Source: Promethearchaeota archaeon
GTDB taxonomy: Archaea > Asgardarchaeota > Thorarchaeia > Thorarchaeales > Thorarchaeaceae
Direction of reading: 5' to 3'
Length of the DNA: 64,000 bases
Assembly (NCBI GenBank): GCA_048939765.1
Contig: JBHLPF010000001.1
Location: 61,729-125,728 of the forward strand
Part shown: in pieces, positions 29,207-39,943 of the stretch
Position numbering within the stretch: the first letter of the stretch is position 1
Layout: every line of letters starts with the position of its first letter
Program-made: the position numbers and the translations under genes
The notes under the pieces: model-generated
What the model saw: only the letters and a program-made list of their open reading frames with translations
Told to the model about the DNA's origin: nothing
Databases searched by the model: none

Positions 29207-31099
29207 TTGACCAAACCCAAAGAGCTACTAGAAGATAAAGTAGGAAAGAAAGTACTTCTTCTTGCCAATGAAGCTATTGCTCGAGGTGTTCTTGAGGCTG
29301 GCGTACGACTTGCTGCACTCTATCCTGGAACTCCAAGCAGTGAGATTGGGAATAATCTCACAATCATGGCGCCTCATATTCCAAACTTCTACTTTGAGTT
29401 CAGCGCCAATGAGAAGGTCGCCCTGGAAGTTGCGGGTGCGGCTGCGGTTGCAGGTGTAAGATCGATGATGGTCTGTAAGGGACCAGGTCTCAATGTAGCA
29501 GCTGACCCATTCTTTTCACTGGCCTATGTAGGTATACGAGGCGGTATGGTCATCGTAGTGGCTGACGACCCTAGTATGTGGAGCTCACAGAATGAGAACG
29601 ACAGTAGATACTATGCTTTGATGGGCAATATGCCTATGGTTGAGCCAGCTGATCCCGCTGAAGCCAAATCGATGGTTCTCAAGGCATACGAGATATCTGA
29701 AGAACTAGAGCTTCCTGTACTCCTTAGGACGACAACGCGTGTCAATCATACTAGGTCTCCAGTGGAGTTTGGAGAAATAAGAAAACGTCCTGCAACTGTG
29801 GAATTTGAGAAGGAACCATTTCGATTTGTACCAATTCCAGCAGTCGCTAGAAAACGGCATCCCGTACTTCTTGAAACTATGAAGAAAGCAATGAAGGTCT
29901 CTGAATCAACTCCCTTTAACTTCATCCAGGGTGAGGGAGATCTTGGGATAATCACAAGTGGAGTAGCATACAACTATGTCCTTGAGGCACTTTCGTCAAT
30001 GGAACTCTCAGCGGAAGTTTTCAAACTTGGAATGACCCATCCAGTTCCAGAGGCGAAAATTGGTGAATTCCTCGAGAAACACAGAAGAGTTGTGATAGTT
30101 GAAGAGCTGGAGCCGTTCCTAGAAACCCACGCCAGAAGAATTGCTCAGCTCAATAACATCCCTGTTGAGATCCTTGGAAAAGAACAAGGATACTTCTCAC
30201 GAACTTTTGAGTATAGCCCGCGAATTGTCATCACAGCTCTTTCTAAGATTATTAATCGTGATACAAGTATTAACTGGGAAGAGATAGACAAGAAGACCGC
30301 GGAGCTTCCTGAATTACCTCCGAGACCTCCTCTCCTCTGTGCTGGATGTCCTCATCGTGCAACCTACTATGCCATACGAACTGCCACACGAGGCAAGGCG
30401 ATCTATCCTTCTGACATCGGATGTTACACACTCAGTATAGCACCACCCCTTGAAACTGCTGACATTCTCTTTGACATGGGATCATCAATCACAACAGCTT
30501 GTGGAATTGCCCGTGTGACCGGTCAAGATGTTGTGGCAACGATTGGTGACAGTACATTCTTTGCATCGGGACTACCCGGTATTGCCAATGCTGTATACAA
30601 TAGCCATCCAATCAGTCTAGTGGTTCTCGATAACAGAACTACGGCAATGACCGGGCACCAGCCACATCCTGGTACTGGAGTCACTGGAATGCAAAAACAA
30701 GTCGAACCGCTGAATATCGCAGAGATCTGTAAAGGACTTGGGGTGAAGTACGTCAAGACCATACAACCATTCGATTCCATGGCAACCATTGTTGCGGAAA
30801 TCAGGGAAATGGTGACATGGGTCAGAGAGAACCAGGCGCCAGCAGTGATGGTGTCAATAGAACCATGCGCTCTTCTTACGGCTGCAGATAGACAACGAAG
30901 CGGCGAATTTCCCCCGAAGTACTATGTTGATGAGGAGGTATGTAATGCATGCAAACGATGCCTGAACCGCCTATCCTGTCCAGCTATGTATCAAGATCCT
31001 GAAACCGAAAAGGCAGTGATTGACGAGACCCTGTGCAATCTATGTGGCACTTGTGTTTCTGTATGTCCACAAGGCGCAATCAAACAGGAGGATGCATAG
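29207..31099 (+). CDS. iorA: Indolepyruvate:ferredoxin oxidoreductase alpha subunit
   Basis: NEAIARG, YPGTPSSE, NEKVALE, CAGCPH, DIGCY, GDSTF, C-terminal ferredoxin. Confidence 0.95.
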   Translation: MTKPKELLEDKVGKKVLLLANEAIARGVLEAGVRLAALYPGTPSSEIGNNLTIMAPHIPNFYFEFSANEKVALEVAGAAAVAGVRSMMVCKGPGLNVAADPFFSLAYVGIRGGMVIVVADDPSMWSSQNENDSRYYALMGNMPMVEPADPAEAKSMVLKAYEISEELELPVLLRTTTRVNHTRSPVEFGEIRKRPATVEFEKEPFRFVPIPAVARKRHPVLLETMKKAMKVSESTPFNFIQGEGDLGIITSGVAYNYVLEALSSMELSAEVFKLGMTHPVPEAKIGEFLEKHRRVVIVEELEPFLETHARRIAQLNNIPVEILGKEQGYFSRTFEYSPRIVITALSKIINRDTSINWEEIDKKTAELPELPPRPPLLCAGCPHRATYYAIRTATRGKAIYPSDIGCYTLSIAPPLETADILFDMGSSITTACGIARVTGQDVVATIGDSTFFASGLPGIANAVYNSHPISLVVLDNRTTAMTGHQPHPGTGVTGMQKQVEPLNIAEICKGLGVKYVKTIQPFDSMATIVAEIREMVTWVRENQAPAVMVSIEPCALLTAADRQRSGEFPPKYYVDEEVCNACKRCLNRLSCPAMYQDPETEKAVIDETLCNLCGTCVSVCPQGAIKQEDA

Positions 31100-31101
31100 G
31101 A

Positions 31102-31716
31102 GTGACTGGTAATAGAAGTAATACAATCAATGTGGCGATCACTGGTGTTGGTGGTCAAGGTGTTCTCACTCTTGCTGAGATTCTGGCAAAAGCAGCACTT
31201 GCAGACTTGTTGAATGTCCGTGTTGGTGAGATTCATGGAATGGCTCAGCGTGGAGGTCATGTTGTTTGTACTGTTCGGATTGGTGATGGTGCAAAAGGTC
31301 CAATAGTCGATCCAGGTACTGCAGATTTACTGGTAGGATTTGAACCAATTGAAACCCTTAGAGAGATTCAGACTATTGCAGAGGATGGATGTGTACTACT
31401 GAGCTCCCATATTCAGTATCCTGTGGCGGTATCGATGGGCGAGGCGGAATACCCCAATCATGAGGAAATCATTAGTGGCATCAAGAAGTTTACTGGTCGA
31501 ATTCTAGAAGTGGATGCAATGGACTTGGCCCAAAAGGCGGGAAGTTCTATGTCACTGAATATGGTGATGTTAGGAGGCATCATAGGAACCGGAATCACGC
31601 CAATTAAGAAGAAAACAGCGCTTGAGATAGTAAGGTCGACATTCCCAAAGAAGTTCGAACCCATCAATGTACAAGCTTTTGAGCTTGGAATGGAAGCCAT
31701 CGAATCATTGCTTTAG
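31102..31716 (+). CDS. iorB: Indolepyruvate:ferredoxin oxidoreductase beta subunit
   Basis: GVGGQGVL, EIHGMAQRGG, NMVMLG; GTG start just after the iorA stop. Confidence 0.93.
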   Translation: MTGNRSNTINVAITGVGGQGVLTLAEILAKAALADLLNVRVGEIHGMAQRGGHVVCTVRIGDGAKGPIVDPGTADLLVGFEPIETLREIQTIAEDGCVLLSSHIQYPVAVSMGEAEYPNHEEIISGIKKFTGRILEVDAMDLAQKAGSSMSLNMVMLGGIIGTGITPIKKKTALEIVRSTFPKKFEPINVQAFELGMEAIESLL

Positions 31717-31719
31717 TGT

Positions 31720-34053
31720 TCATTTCATTTGAGCCGCTGCGACAGCCACTTGACCTGCAGACACTCCTCCATCCCCAGGTGGTATATGCTTGTGTATCAG
31801 AGGCTGCTTTCCTTTCGAACGAATGACATCAATTATTGTTTCAGTAATAATCCGATTCAAAGCCACGCCACCAGAGAATCCGACATGATTGATGCCTTCG
31901 TCATCGGCAATTCTGCAGGCCATCTCAGCAAGGGCTTCCCCCACATGTCGATGCGCAGCAAATGCGATCTTGTGTGTGGAATATCCCTTTCTTTCCAGTT
32001 CCAGAATCTGGTGAAGCGATTCTGCCGAATTCAACTCGACGACATTACCACCTGAAATGAAGTCTGATTCGATTTTGAGATCGGAGCTAATCGAGTGTGC
32101 CTCGAGCTTCATTGGACATTCGCCGTCGTACGAATTCTCGGAACAGACACCCAATGAAACTGCCACAGCATCAAGGAACCTACCAACACTGGTGCTCCGT
32201 AGGACATTGATATCTTCGGTCATAGCTTGCAGGAGTACTGGCAATGTTTGCTCGTCTATATTCCCATTTGACGCAATAGGCTGTCCTAATACAGTTGAAA
32301 GAAGTCTTTCAATCGGAAGTCTATTCCCAAGGATTCCTACTAGAGACCGAGCCGCATACCTTGCCGAGAGATCTCCTCCTGGGAATGGACTTGGCTTTAA
32401 TCCTCCCCTTCTTACAAACTCTGCTGCATTTCCGACCAGTATATCACCACCCCATCCATCTCCATCAGGAGAGTATCCATAACCGTCAGCTGTAATACAG
32501 ACAATACTTGTATCAAGATTCATATTGTTGTCTATCAGTATTCCTGCGAGATGGGCATGATGATGTTGTACGCGGAATAATTGAGCATCCATCTTTATAG
32601 ATAGTTCTTCAGCCAGTTCTGTGCTCAGAAACTCTGGATGCAAGTCACATGCAATGGCATCAACATCATCTATTCCAAGCAGAAACATCAGATGATCGAT
32701 GCTGGTTCTGAGGAAGTCAATGTTCTCGACACGGTCAGTGTCCCCGATATGCTGCGTCATGTATAGCTTCCTCGACTTGAGGACCACACCAGTCGCTTTC
32801 TCTTCGGGTCCCACCGCAACAACTCTCAGTGCTGGGCTACAGTTCACGGTCAAAGGTTCAGGCACATATCCTCTAGCACGACGGATGAACACTGGACTGT
32901 CATTGCCCACAAACTTGATCACTGAGTCATCTGATCTCTGATGAATTCGGCGATTGTGCAGCAAGAAGTAGTCTGCTATGCCACTCAGCTCTTTGGTAAT
33001 CACCTGTGGGTCAATATACATCGGTACACCTGTAGGATTCGCGCTTGTCATTACTAGGGCTTCCTCTTCGAGCTTATCGAACAGGAGATGATGAAGAGGG
33101 GCATAGGGTAGCATAACACCCAAGGTGTCCAAGCTCGGAGATATCTCCTCGAGTGATTCTTGAGGTATTGTTGAACCAGTACATTTTCTGACCAAAACAA
33201 TAGGCCTTCTCCAAGTCTTCATTAGTTGCATTTCATTCTCGGTGGGTTCACTGAATCGGAAGACTGCATCTATGTCCTTTGCCATAATTGCAAATGGCCG
33301 TTGAAACCTGCTCTTTCTCTCTCTCAGAACTCTAATTGGTCTATGGTCAGAGGTCTTTGTCACAAGATGTGTTCCGCCTATGCCTTGCAGAGCTAGAACA
33401 GCATTCTGTTCTAAGAGATGTACTGCTTGAGCAATACTATCTATATCTTGCACCAGCTCTCCGTCTTTATCATAGAGTCGATATCTTGGTCCACAATCAT
33501 CACATGCTGTTGTCTGAGCATGATACCTCCGATCCATCGGACTTGTATAACCTGTATTACAAACATTACACAATGGAAAGTCCACCATTGTAGTGTTGGG
33601 ACGGTCATAGGGGAGGCTTGTGATCGTTGAATATCTGGGACCGCACGCCGCGCACGAAGTGAATGGATATTGATACCATCTTGAATCCGGACTTTCCAAG
33701 TCCTGAATACAGTCATCGCAAATGGCAATATCTGGAGGCATCTCTGGTGCGGACTCGTCATCTCTCACTGTAGATGAGCGTTGTATTGAGAATGAATCAA
33801 AGGAGCTAGCAGGTGAATCCCAATCAACATCAAGCGATTCAATACGGGAGATTGAGGGTGGATTGGATCGAAGCTGTTCAATTAGATTCTCAATATCCTT
33901 GCGATTCCCCTCAACAACTATCTGCACACCCGCATCTCCAAGATTGAGGACATAACCGACCAGCGACAGATTGCTTGCAACTCGATAGACAAAGGGCCTG
34001 AATCCAACTCCTTGAACAATACCCGTCACATGAATCTCAGCTCTTTGTATCAA
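31720..34053 (-). CDS. hypF: [NiFe]-hydrogenase maturation carbamoyltransferase
   Basis: GIVQGVGFRPF, Zn fingers, CGPRY, DLHP, QHHHAH, PPGDGG. Confidence 0.97.
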   Translation of the reverse strand: MIQRAEIHVTGIVQGVGFRPFVYRVASNLSLVGYVLNLGDAGVQIVVEGNRKDIENLIEQLRSNPPSISRIESLDVDWDSPASSFDSFSIQRSSTVRDDESAPEMPPDIAICDDCIQDLESPDSRWYQYPFTSCAACGPRYSTITSLPYDRPNTTMVDFPLCNVCNTGYTSPMDRRYHAQTTACDDCGPRYRLYDKDGELVQDIDSIAQAVHLLEQNAVLALQGIGGTHLVTKTSDHRPIRVLRERKSRFQRPFAIMAKDIDAVFRFSEPTENEMQLMKTWRRPIVLVRKCTGSTIPQESLEEISPSLDTLGVMLPYAPLHHLLFDKLEEEALVMTSANPTGVPMYIDPQVITKELSGIADYFLLHNRRIHQRSDDSVIKFVGNDSPVFIRRARGYVPEPLTVNCSPALRVVAVGPEEKATGVVLKSRKLYMTQHIGDTDRVENIDFLRTSIDHLMFLLGIDDVDAIACDLHPEFLSTELAEELSIKMDAQLFRVQHHHAHLAGILIDNNMNLDTSIVCITADGYGYSPDGDGWGGDILVGNAAEFVRRGGLKPSPFPGGDLSARYAARSLVGILGNRLPIERLLSTVLGQPIASNGNIDEQTLPVLLQAMTEDINVLRSTSVGRFLDAVAVSLGVCSENSYDGECPMKLEAHSISSDLKIESDFISGGNVVELNSAESLHQILELERKGYSTHKIAFAAHRHVGEALAEMACRIADDEGINHVGFSGGVALNRIITETIIDVIRSKGKQPLIHKHIPPGDGGVSAGQVAVAAAQMK

Positions 34054-34181
34054 CCTGGGTAATCCTCGCTACGTGGAATCCTATCAGTCTGGGATATTAA
34101 TCCAATGAAGTAACACGTTTAGAGTGTTAGTGCATTATATGACCTCTTAAGGAGCCAATTGACACAAATCTGTGAACTGAC

Positions 34182-34598
34182 GTGCGTGCTTCAGGTGACA
34201 ATACTCGGCCTTTACTATTCGAACCCAAAACTAATCCGTCCATCCTAGCCAGTATTCCAGATTGCTTCAGGAGCATTCTTCTTGAGACCGTTGAGAAGCT
34301 TAAGAAAAAGGAGAAATCCACACTCATCTCAAGCAACAGTCTTGCCAATAGATTCATCCTCGAGAGATGGGGGATCCGACCATCGCAGAGGAAGCGTTAT
34401 CGGAACCTATTCACACAAGTAAGGAAGCAATGTCGTGCCATATTCCAACACTATCTAATGCGAGGAAGAGTTGAGTGGACTACTGATAACACGAGCTACG
34501 TCTTCGGTGTCTTCAAGTTTGATGAGATTCGTGGGAATCTGATTCTTGGATTTGTCCTAACCCCTCCTGAGTCAGAATGGAAACTCCGTTTTAGGTAG
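34182..34598 (+). CDS. Basic hypothetical protein, possible winged-helix fold
   Basis: 138-aa Lys/Arg-rich ORF, helices followed by a beta hairpin (YVFGVFKFDEIRGNLILGF). Confidence 0.6.
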   Translation: MRASGDNTRPLLFEPKTNPSILASIPDCFRSILLETVEKLKKKEKSTLISSNSLANRFILERWGIRPSQRKRYRNLFTQVRKQCRAIFQHYLMRGRVEWTTDNTSYVFGVFKFDEIRGNLILGFVLTPPESEWKLRFR

Positions 34599-34760
34599 CA
34601 TTTTGCTATTAATTGTTGTATTACAAACGTATTACAAACCCACATCGGGAAGCTTTATGTGTTCAGTTGTATACAAAGTTGTATCCGTACAGATGTACAA
34701 GACTGAGGTCTGGAAAACGCATTATGAAGCCTCCTTTTGCGATTTCCGCCTATATGAGGC

Positions 34761-35324
34761 TTGTCATATATGAGTCAGAAAAGATCCAAAACCAAACGGC
34801 ATGGCGCTGTCAAACAACTAGCAGACGGGGCACAGAGAGTCTTGCAGGAGCCCATCTTGAAGGCATTGCTCGATCAATCCACATTGACAAAGGTCCAACT
34901 GGAAACCCTCCTGATAGATCTCGTTGTGGAAGATGAACATGGGAGTCATATTCCATATGATGAGAAGGCATCTCTCAGATTGAAAAGGAGGGGAAGACCC
35001 AGTGGAGTTTCACGTGGTTCGTTTAACAGAACCCTAAGCCAGGCACGAAGAAACGTGACACGTTGTCTATACACGATGCTACTTCTAGCGTATCTTGGTC
35101 TGTTTGAATTCACACTCTTCAGACCGTTTGAGGAGATAGCCACAAGGATTGGAGATTATCGGAAGATTCGTGATGTACTAGCAGGGAAGACAGATCTGTC
35201 CGACGAAGAGATCGAGAGCTATAGTACGGCAGAACGCACAATCCTCTCGGCATTGGAAGAGCTCACTTCATCAACAGTGCTGAAGTCGGAGTTGTCTAAA
35301 CGCAAAGCTGAACCAGGAACATAA
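34761..35324 (+). CDS. Tfx/sigma-region-4-like HTH protein
   Basis: STLTKVQLETL...VSRGSFNRTLSQARRNV; tandem TGTATTACA sites upstream. Confidence 0.65.
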   Translation: MSYMSQKRSKTKRHGAVKQLADGAQRVLQEPILKALLDQSTLTKVQLETLLIDLVVEDEHGSHIPYDEKASLRLKRRGRPSGVSRGSFNRTLSQARRNVTRCLYTMLLLAYLGLFEFTLFRPFEEIATRIGDYRKIRDVLAGKTDLSDEEIESYSTAERTILSALEELTSSTVLKSELSKRKAEPGT

Positions 35325-35653
35325 CGAAGAAACGGCACGAGCATGTTGTATCTGCGGCAAGTCAGTCAGGTTTCCCAGCACCGAACTCTTACCGGCATTG
35401 GATCTTCTTGTAGGTACTTTTTCTTGAGGAGATAGAGATGCCAACGACGTACGTTTGACAGTACCAAAGGATGGAAATCCCGTAGCACTAGTCTGCCATC
35501 ATCGACACAAAATGCTCATACTTTACAGGGTCAAAAGTATACATAGTTCTAATCTTAGAACGCAAAAATCTATTTCGTCTGGCACCAATAAATGCACCAT
35601 TTGCCGGTGAAATACTCATTGTATTACAAAAGATACAAACAATACATGCCTGT

Positions 35654-36952
35654 TTGATAGCTCGACAAAGTCTTATCACTCAGAAAAATGATTCTAGTTA
35701 CGATACAGGAGTAAGGCTGAGTGTGTCCGGAAAAAGAGATGATAAGTGGTTCCTGAGGGCTAGCCATGAGCATGCAGAGAAAGCTGAAATGGAACGTTCG
35801 CTAGAGAACATCGTTAACGCAATGGGCGAGAGGAGATCTCGGGATCTGCTTGATATCATTGCAACCGTAGAACAGGAGAAGGGATGGCATACAGCTCTGG
35901 AATATCTCATTGATGTAGGGAATATGGAGTATTCTACCCCGGCTGGCTTTGGAAAACAACAGAAGAAAATTGAGCCCCTGAAGTATCGCGAAATGCTCTT
36001 TGATCTGTTGGCATGCAATGGATTCGAACCCGTGCAGACCGATACCGAAAGTCTTCTTCGAACACTGAAATCGAGTACATCTCTAGCTGAGGCATCACAG
36101 TCGTTCATACCCCATGTTCAAGAGATTGCTATGAAACAAATAGAATCCGGTGACACACTATACTTCAGTATCCTTCCAGATACTGAGTTCGAGGAATTCA
36201 ACAAACAGCTTGAGGCGATCCGGATTGAACAGATAGCCAATCTCAATCTGAAACGAACTGGCAAGCTTGTGGAAACTACACAATTGTGGAATACGGAATA
36301 TGGTCGCCTTGCTCTATCCGATCTTGGGATAAAAGGAAATAAAGCATCGATGGAACAATACGATATGGTATTATCGGTAATACAAGTATCACCAGGAATT
36401 AAGCAGAGGATAGCACTGTCTGAAACAACAGAAGCATCCGTTATTGACTCCATTGGACCATCAAATCAAATGTACAAAGAACTTCATGAACACATCATCA
36501 ATCAAGACATTGCAGGTCTCATCTCCAAGGGCAGCATTCATTCATTGCCAACTCTGAATGCAATGTTGGATAATGCAGTCACTCAATACATGAATTCCAA
36601 ATCAAGTGAGGCCTATCGGCAGTTGCTACAATGTATCAATGGTCATGTTGCAGTCCGTCATTTGGACTCAATCACCCATCTAGAGAAACTACTGAGTACT
36701 GATGACCAACGAATTATCACACCATCGATAACCGCTCTTGGAAACCTCTACCATGAATCGTCCGCTCATGCCATCGTTGATCTGGTCTGCAGGAGCAAGG
36801 ACAAGCAAGTCATCAATGCCTCATTGACTGCTCTTGACAACATCTTGAAGAAGTCCCCTGAAACCATGGTTGTGATCAAAGATGCTCTGGAGTCTGAGTG
36901 TAAAAATCGCAGGCATCTTAGACGTTTCCAAAAGAGGAACACTCCAGAGTGA
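35654..36952 (+). CDS. Hypothetical helical protein with C-terminal HEAT-like repeats (true start probably ~35723)
   Basis: LEKLLSTDDQRIITPSITALGNL...KQVINASLTALDNI. Confidence 0.65.
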   Translation: MIARQSLITQKNDSSYDTGVRLSVSGKRDDKWFLRASHEHAEKAEMERSLENIVNAMGERRSRDLLDIIATVEQEKGWHTALEYLIDVGNMEYSTPAGFGKQQKKIEPLKYREMLFDLLACNGFEPVQTDTESLLRTLKSSTSLAEASQSFIPHVQEIAMKQIESGDTLYFSILPDTEFEEFNKQLEAIRIEQIANLNLKRTGKLVETTQLWNTEYGRLALSDLGIKGNKASMEQYDMVLSVIQVSPGIKQRIALSETTEASVIDSIGPSNQMYKELHEHIINQDIAGLISKGSIHSLPTLNAMLDNAVTQYMNSKSSEAYRQLLQCINGHVAVRHLDSITHLEKLLSTDDQRIITPSITALGNLYHESSAHAIVDLVCRSKDKQVINASLTALDNILKKSPETMVVIKDALESECKNRRHLRRFQKRNTPE

Positions 36953-37023
36953 TATTACTTGTAATACAATATTCTTTCATTTCGCTCGGTAGACATAAAT
37001 CAAGTGATAATTGGTTCAGAGTC

Positions 37024-38421
37024 ATGACCAGTCTGGACTCCAAGGGATTCGATGAGATTGAATGTTTCTTCAATCCTTCTCGAGTTGCCCTTGTTGGTGC
37101 ATCATCTGACTATCGGAAACTGGGCAATTCTATTCTCATGAATCTCCTTGAATCCGAGATCGATGTCTATCCAGTGACTCGCAGTAGAGAACAAGTCCTT
37201 GGAGTCAAGGCATACCCAAGTCTTGCCAGCATCCCTGAACCTGTCGACTTGGTCATAGTTGCTGTTGCAGCAAAGTATTGTCCGGATTTGATGAGCCAGG
37301 TCCGAGAGGCAGGTGCGAAGGCTGCAATAGTGATATCGGGCGGTTTCAGTGAAACTGGTCCAAAAGGATTGCAGCTTGAGGAAGAACTGGTCAGGGCCGC
37401 TCAGGAGGCAGGAGTCAGAATAATCGGACCCAATTGTGTAGGTGTTTCCAATAGTATGCTGTTCAATGCTACTTTCACTATGATGCCTGAAAGAGGGAAT
37501 ATATCGTTAATCTCCCAGAGTGGAGCACTTGGTGGTATACTGATCTACAACACACGTGTCAAGCGCATAGGTCTCAGTAAGTTTGCCAGTATTGGCAATT
37601 CAGCTGATGTCAGCTTTGTAGAGATTCTGGATTACTTTACTGAGGACTCAAAGACCACAGTGATCATGGTCTATGTAGAAGGAGTTGATGACGGTCGTGC
37701 CTTCTTTGAGTCCCTCAGTAGGGCAGCTAGACAGAAACCAGTTGTAGTGCTTAAGGGTGGGAGAAGTGAGCCTGGTAGTCGGGCAACCCAGTCTCACACA
37801 GGGTCCTTGGCGGGTTCAACAGCTGTATTTGATGGTATGATCCGACAAGCCGGCTGTGTAACAGCTTCTTCTCTTGATACCTTTCTTGAAATTGCCAAAT
37901 TGTTTGATTACCAACCTCTACCAGAAGGACGTAATATTGGTATTATCAGTAATACAGGAGGAGCAGGTGTCCTTGCGACAGACGCATCAGCAGGTTTCAA
38001 TCTAAATGTCCCTTCACTTGAACCAGAAACAAGCCAGGAACTAAGGCAGGTTCTATCTCCCATGGCGTCAGTAGAAAATCCCGTAGATGTTGTCGCAAGT
38101 GGGGGGAGAAAGGAATACCGAATTGCCACGGAGCTGATGCTCAAGGATCCTAATATAGACATGTTACTGGTGATTTGCGGAGTTCCGACCTTTGCTGGAA
38201 TGACTCAAACGGAACATGCTGCAGGCACTCTGGAAGGGATAAGAACAGCAGATGTTAAGAAACCCGTTGTTGGAGTATGGCTTGCAGGTGATGTTGGAAA
38301 ACCAGGAAAGGATCTACTTGAGATGAATCGTGTTCCTTGTTATGACGACCCGGCTCTAGCTGCATTGTGTATTGCAAGAGCCGCAGAATACTCAGAGATG
38401 CATACATCCAAAAGGGATTGA
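37024..38421 (+). CDS. acdA: Acetate/acyl-CoA ligase (ADP-forming) alpha subunit
   Basis: FFNPSRVALVGAS, GGFSETG, IGPNCVG, SQSGALG, SHTGSLAG, NPVDV. Confidence 0.93.
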   Translation: MTSLDSKGFDEIECFFNPSRVALVGASSDYRKLGNSILMNLLESEIDVYPVTRSREQVLGVKAYPSLASIPEPVDLVIVAVAAKYCPDLMSQVREAGAKAAIVISGGFSETGPKGLQLEEELVRAAQEAGVRIIGPNCVGVSNSMLFNATFTMMPERGNISLISQSGALGGILIYNTRVKRIGLSKFASIGNSADVSFVEILDYFTEDSKTTVIMVYVEGVDDGRAFFESLSRAARQKPVVVLKGGRSEPGSRATQSHTGSLAGSTAVFDGMIRQAGCVTASSLDTFLEIAKLFDYQPLPEGRNIGIISNTGGAGVLATDASAGFNLNVPSLEPETSQELRQVLSPMASVENPVDVVASGGRKEYRIATELMLKDPNIDMLLVICGVPTFAGMTQTEHAAGTLEGIRTADVKKPVVGVWLAGDVGKPGKDLLEMNRVPCYDDPALAALCIARAAEYSEMHTSKRD

Positions 38422-38499
38422 GCAGGTCTGGTTACGACTAGGCATAGTTGTATTACACGTATTATAATGATGACGTTATTATTTCCATGCTGAGAGCAG

Positions 38500-38787
38500 T
38501 CAGCCCTCATGATGCTTGTGGGTTATGTCTGGGAACTCATCAGTCAGTGCTTTCCAAAGTTTTCTCTCAACCCACATACTCAGGTTGATTGCCCTTTGAT
38601 TTCGCACATCCTGTAGACAAGATCGAAGCTCGGTCGTGAACGAGAATGACACGATTGGGCTCTTCCTTTCCTTATTTGGTACAGCAATCATGGTCTTCGG
38701 TTTCTCTACTGCAACTCTCGCCCCTGACTCTGCAACCGATTCCCTTTCCTCTTCACCTGCATCCCTATACTTCTTCAGAACACTCAA
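38500..38787 (-). CDS. Ribbon-helix-helix protein with N-terminal charged flexible tail
   Basis: C-terminal IVSFSF (strand), TTELRSCLQDVRNQR (helix A), AINLS, MWVERKLWKAL (helix B); starts 2 nt after the ATPase stop. Confidence 0.75.
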   Translation of the reverse strand: MSVLKKYRDAGEEERESVAESGARVAVEKPKTMIAVPNKERKSPIVSFSFTTELRSCLQDVRNQRAINLSMWVERKLWKALTDEFPDITHKHHEG

Positions 38788-38789
38788 AC

Positions 38790-39764
38790 CTAACGCACCT
38801 CTCTCAGTATTGTAGCATAGGCATCCGCTACAAGTTCTGCAATTTCTCTGTTAACTTCCGGATTACCATTCTGCCTGAAGTTCTCTGCAGCCACTTGTTG
38901 ACATCCTCTTGATAGCATACGAATGTCACGTGGATTGCCCTTGGCTGCTCTATTGATGACTATCACAGCATCATCAATGAATGGGTAGACATTGTAGCTG
39001 TTCGCATCAAAGGTGTCAATCTGCCCCTTTGCATATGCGATTCTTCTACCAATGAACTCCTTGGCTTTCTCATCATCTAAAGCAGGAACATCAAGTGGCT
39101 CAGTCCTATCCGCAATTTGCGGCAGGAAGCTTAGCATTGCGTTCCAGTAAACCGCAGTCCCTGACATTATCAGAGTGATAATTGGCTCATCTAATACCTC
39201 TGGATTGTCAGCTTTCATCTCCTCGGTGGGCAAGTCCGCAAGGTATCTGAGCTTGTGGAATGCCGCTTCTTGGTTATCAGCAACATCTTCCACAAATAGG
39301 GCTGTGCGGCTTTTCTCTTCAGTATATCTTCTAACACATTCTTGGGCAATTGACTCTACAATCTGACTTGATTCCCAAGATCTGCGGTATTTCACTCTCA
39401 GCGAGTCTGCTATTGCGGCCGACATCTGTTTCTCATAGAGACCAGTCATTCCAACATATCCAGTGACGAATTTATTTCCTCGACGATCTGCTAGGGTGGG
39501 CAGGTCTCTGAGAGCCAGCAACATGAGAGTACTCTTTCCTGAGCCCACCGGTCCTCTGAGAAAGATGTGTCTCTCATTCGTGATTATCAAATCAACAATG
39601 CTATCGAGAAAATCAGGATGCTCCACATACAGTCTGGAGTCAGGCATCTTGTATCCCCGGAATGGGGAGAACCTGCACCCAATTCTCTCCTCCCAAGCTC
39701 GCAAGACTTCCTTGCGAGTGTTGAAGTGACGAATCAATGCACTTTCGTGAATTGCTATTGTCAT
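38790..39764 (-). CDS. AAA+ ATPase (ExeA/AAA_22, Cdc6-related clade)
   Basis: N-terminal SPF, Walker A GPVGSGKST, Walker B LFVED, IMSGT sensor 1, IADR Arg finger, GNPRDI sensor 2. Confidence 0.85.
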   Translation of the reverse strand: MTIAIHESALIRHFNTRKEVLRAWEERIGCRFSPFRGYKMPDSRLYVEHPDFLDSIVDLIITNERHIFLRGPVGSGKSTLMLLALRDLPTLADRRGNKFVTGYVGMTGLYEKQMSAAIADSLRVKYRRSWESSQIVESIAQECVRRYTEEKSRTALFVEDVADNQEAAFHKLRYLADLPTEEMKADNPEVLDEPIITLIMSGTAVYWNAMLSFLPQIADRTEPLDVPALDDEKAKEFIGRRIAYAKGQIDTFDANSYNVYPFIDDAVIVINRAAKGNPRDIRMLSRGCQQVAAENFRQNGNPEVNREIAELVADAYATILREVR

Positions 39765-39943
39765 GATGTGAACCTCATGGTATCACATGTACTTCTTGTA
39801 ATACAATCACTGAGATGCCCACTAATAAGTGGTGTGGTGAATTTTCAGTCTGGCAATTCCAAGACGCAACCTTTTTGAACAGGATGAATAGGCTTGAATG
39901 CACAACCGGGCATGACCCGCCAATCACACAGGAGAATACTCGA

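Noticed and set aside
35325-35650. Possible small ORFs (CCICGK word; 40-aa minus-strand ORF)
   Set aside because: No convincing start codon, length or recognisable fold
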